Shown here: positions 60,791 through 64,000 of the stretch, one piece after another
Layout of the letters: the number at the start of each line of letters is the position of its first letter
Position numbering within the stretch: position 1 is the stretch's first letter
Assembly (NCBI GenBank): GCA_964036045.1
Contig: OZ038378.1
Coordinates: 24,924,001-24,988,000, forward strand
From: Eutreptiella sp. 'Long Island Sound 2002'
Lineage: Eukaryota; Protista; Euglenida
Reading direction: 5' to 3'
Length of the DNA: 64,000 nucleotides
The notes under the pieces: generated by a model
Database searches by the model: none
What the model was told of the DNA's origin: nothing
The model's input: only the letters and a program-made list of their open reading frames with translations
Program-made: the position numbers and the translations under genes

Positions 60791-61352
60791 AAAAGAGCGT
60801 ATCTCCCTTTTTTTTGAAAAAGCATAACTCACTTCTTTCTTTTTTGGTAGTAGGTCGCATATCAAAAAAAGCACAGCTCCGTAACAAAAAAAAAATTGCC
60901 TCGCTTTTTTTTCAAAAAAAAAAAAAAAAGAAAAGGGTAAGTCGCTTACTTTTTTTTTTGGTTGTAGGGTGCGTATCAAAAAAAGCGACAGCCGCATAAC
61001 AGAAAAAGCGTACCTCGCTTTTTTTTTCAAAAAAAAAAGCCCAACTGGCATATTTTTTTTGGTTGTAGGTCGCGCATCAAAAAAAGCGTAGGTCGTGTAT
61101 CAAAAAAAGCATATGTCGTTTTCTTTTAAAAAAAAAGTGTAAGTTGTGTAACTTTTTTTTTTTAGGTGTAGGTCGGGTCACAAAAAAATCGTAAGTCGCG
61201 TGCCATACATTCTCAAGTTTTTTCTTCCACACACGACTTACGCCCCCCAAAAAAAAACACGCGACTTACGTCAAATAAAAAAAATAAGCGACTTACGCTT
61301 GGGAAGGCCTGTTGGGGGGTCCATGGGGGGCCTATTGGGGGGGGGGGGGACA
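60790..61352. repeat. A/T-tract array (GTAGGTCGCGTATCAAAAAAAGC; GACTTACG) ending GGGGGGGGAC
   Basis: Short motifs separated by A/T runs; the same unit is present at 58500-58601. Confidence 0.75.
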
Positions 61353-62043
61353 AGAATGCAAAGAGCCCCAAATCCTAGCATGGCACTGAAGTAGAGCACG
61401 CGAAGGGAAGATGAGTGTCTGCTTTCTTGTCAGGTTTAGCAAAAGGCGAATAGCATGTCCGACGCCACAGTAAGTGCCCTTCTAAAGCGGGACACGCAGA
61501 TGTTGTGGCCCATCAGTACAGCCGACAGGCGCTGTTGGCAATGTTGGCTTGTGGTGAAAGACAGCACGTGTTGTGAGAGTCCAGTGTAAAAGCTCCGATC
61601 ACCCATTGTGCCGCCATGACACCCCCGCCAAGTGACTGCCGCGGTACCGCCCCCCAGTTGGTTGATCTAGATGGCAATCCCACGGGGTTCCCATTATTCA
61701 TTTCTCAAACGCGCCCCCTCCCCAGCCCCACGTGCGACGGTTAGTACCTGGGATCTGACAGAAGATACCGGCCTTGGACAATGCTAAGGATACCGAGGTT
61801 GAGAGTACTTTGTAACACACGGACACGCGGTCACACGCCGAGGGAGGGGGGAGACTAGCACGTCAGCCATGCACTGTTTGCAGGCTACGGCAGAGCATCG
61901 AGAGAGCACACTTAACTCTAAGCACACCATGTGGTTTTGGCAAATGTCTTGCACTGTGTACGCACTGTGTGCATACTGCGCACGCACAGGCTGGGATACT
62001 CAGCCAAGAATACCTGTCACCTATCTAGTAGCACGGCGAAGCA

Positions 62044-64000
62044 TCAAAGCCCACATAAGAACAACGAAACTGCCTTCAACTTGGTAATCCACTGTCGATA
62101 TGAACAAGCCACTCGGTCTTGTAAAGCACAACTATGCAAGGGCATGCAAAATGCACACATGTTCAAGTGGCAAGTGCCACACTCGGATATATCACCAGGA
62201 CGGTGGCCACACAATTGGCAACCAACACCGTCTTCATTTTCCTCCTCCTGGATGGTTGCCTCCTCCTGTGCCCATACAGACCCAGGCACATGGGGCCAAG
62301 GTCCATAGGGTTGATACCTAGTCTATCTGTGAATGCCAAACTCAGTAAGGTGGAGCAAAATACGCACATGGCTGTGCAGCTCCTTTCGAAGCATGTCCAG
62401 ACATTGTGAACAATCCTCCATTGTAACGCGGTCAACGCCAATGAGATAGACTTGTTTGCGGAGTTACGTATAGGTTTTGTGAGGCTCGCTTGGCGGAGCA
62501 CCTATTGATCCACCACCTCACATCTTTAGGGTCAGGGTGGTGTGGATGCGCCATATTATTGTACACACACATTAGATGAGTCAAAATCTGTTTATCTACC
62601 TGTGAGTGCATCTCCTTCTTTGTGATTGGTTCCTCTCCCTCTTCCGTTTGAGCTTTTCCTGAGGTTTTGGAACACTCCCTGAAGAGCTAAAGCTAGAAGT
62701 CGAGCTGGAAGCTGCAAGTTAAAGGAGACAAGACATGAAGCCGGTACGAGACCTTTGGCTTGCACATTTTGCTACCTTTGCTAATTGCTTTGCCAACCGG
62801 TAATTTTCGCTTGTACGGAGGCGAGGAATCTCTGGGACAATAGTTGGCTCAATGTTGCCACCGGATGGGGGTGGAATCACATCCTCGGGCTTGCGGAATC
62901 CCTGCCCAACGTGGTAAATGCGCCTTACAAGAGGGGAAAGAGAACCAAGAGAGAAATCGGGGTGCAATGGGGCCGCACCAGGCCTGAGTGAGGCACCATC
63001 ACGGCAGTTCTTTTATTATGAATTATTGTTGTATTTATATGAAAAGATGTAGCAAAAAACATGATGCACAAGTCGCACTGGTACTGCAATGCAGGACGCA
63101 GCAACTGAGATAACACTAATTCAGTGTAATGCAGAAAAGAATGGCAGAAGAAATGAATAGGGGGTGCACGTTTTATTACACTACGCGGAATTTCCTTTTA
63201 TTGTATATTTGTTTGCAGGCATGCAAAGGGATCGCTTTTAAATCCCCCTTCGGCGATTTAATTGTCGGCGCCCGCAAGCAGGATAATGAGAGGAACCTGA
63301 TGCAGATGAAACAAAAATACCGATTGTGGGTTTATGCTATGTTGTGTCGTGCTGCGTTGAGTTGCGCAGGGTGGTTTTCTTGGATATTTGAAAACTTCAA
63401 CCATGTTTGAACGACGCCGTAAAGAACAAACACAGAGTTCAAACAATATTGGCATTGAATGCTTCGGGTAAAATGGCATGCAGACTGTCAAGCTCCCTCC
63501 AGAAATTCATATTTTACACGAGTATTCGTGTGTAATATGAATACACATCGCCGGCTGCTACCTTCTCGGCATAACCTGAATGTACTCCACGTTCAATCCC
63601 GCCCATGATGTCCTTTAGGTCAGGGGAATTAATGAATTGTAATAGTCTATGACTATTATTATGCTGAAAGTCCCAAGGAACACATAGTTCTTTTCCACTG
63701 CAGAACCCAATGATTTTGAAATACAAATCCACAGACCACAACGGAACTCTCGAGCACGGGCACAAGGAAAATCAGGATGTCAATTGTTGAATGGCGAGTG
63801 GTTCATTAATTATGCTGACAGTGCCCTGCACATAAAAGAGGCATTTCAGCAACACACAGAAGTATTAAAAGTTCAAATTACAACAGTTCTGTGCCAACTA
63901 TGTAGCAATTCATTTGGCGCATGGTGTGCGCGCATGCTCCTGTTACTACCAAATGGATGGCACTAACTGAACACCATCCACTTATGATCGAACCTATTAC
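62044..64000 (-). mobile_element. Heavily degenerate transposase-like gene, tentatively Mutator/MULE type
   Basis: Frameshifted coding-like segments: DF..AVEKNY/CVPWDFQH (MULE-core-like), CC..LC-HVF (SWIM-like), VIPPP, and a terminal Cys/His finger shared with 39679-39990. Confidence 0.35.

Overview
Repeat-rich eukaryotic nuclear DNA. A bipartite plastid-targeting presequence with a second stop-transfer helix, TTAGGG tracts and AG acceptors just 5' of start codons point to a photosynthetic euglenid (inference). Four host genes are recognisable, all on the minus strand: (1) a 7-exon triple-RRM hnRNP A/B/Musashi-like gene (exons 25023 to <13753, all GT-AG, phases checked); (2) an intronless plastid-targeted glutamyl-tRNA-reductase-like protein with the catalytic and dimerisation domains but no NADPH-binding domain (32696-34543); (3) a 2-exon FkbM-family methyltransferase with a signal peptide (47689-45207); (4) a SpoU/TrmH RNA methyltransferase exon (53731-53252). 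The rest is mostly mobile DNA: an 890-bp foldback element, MITEs, tRNA-derived heads, a degenerate L1/Tx1-like LINE ending in an RNase HI ORF, a hAT-like element (8-bp TSD) carrying tandem PHD fingers, a decayed Ulp1-protease/PHD ORF, a probable Mutator-like transposase remnant, satellites and microsatellites. No rRNA, intact tRNA or CRISPR array was found. All calls are by eye; no database searches were run.
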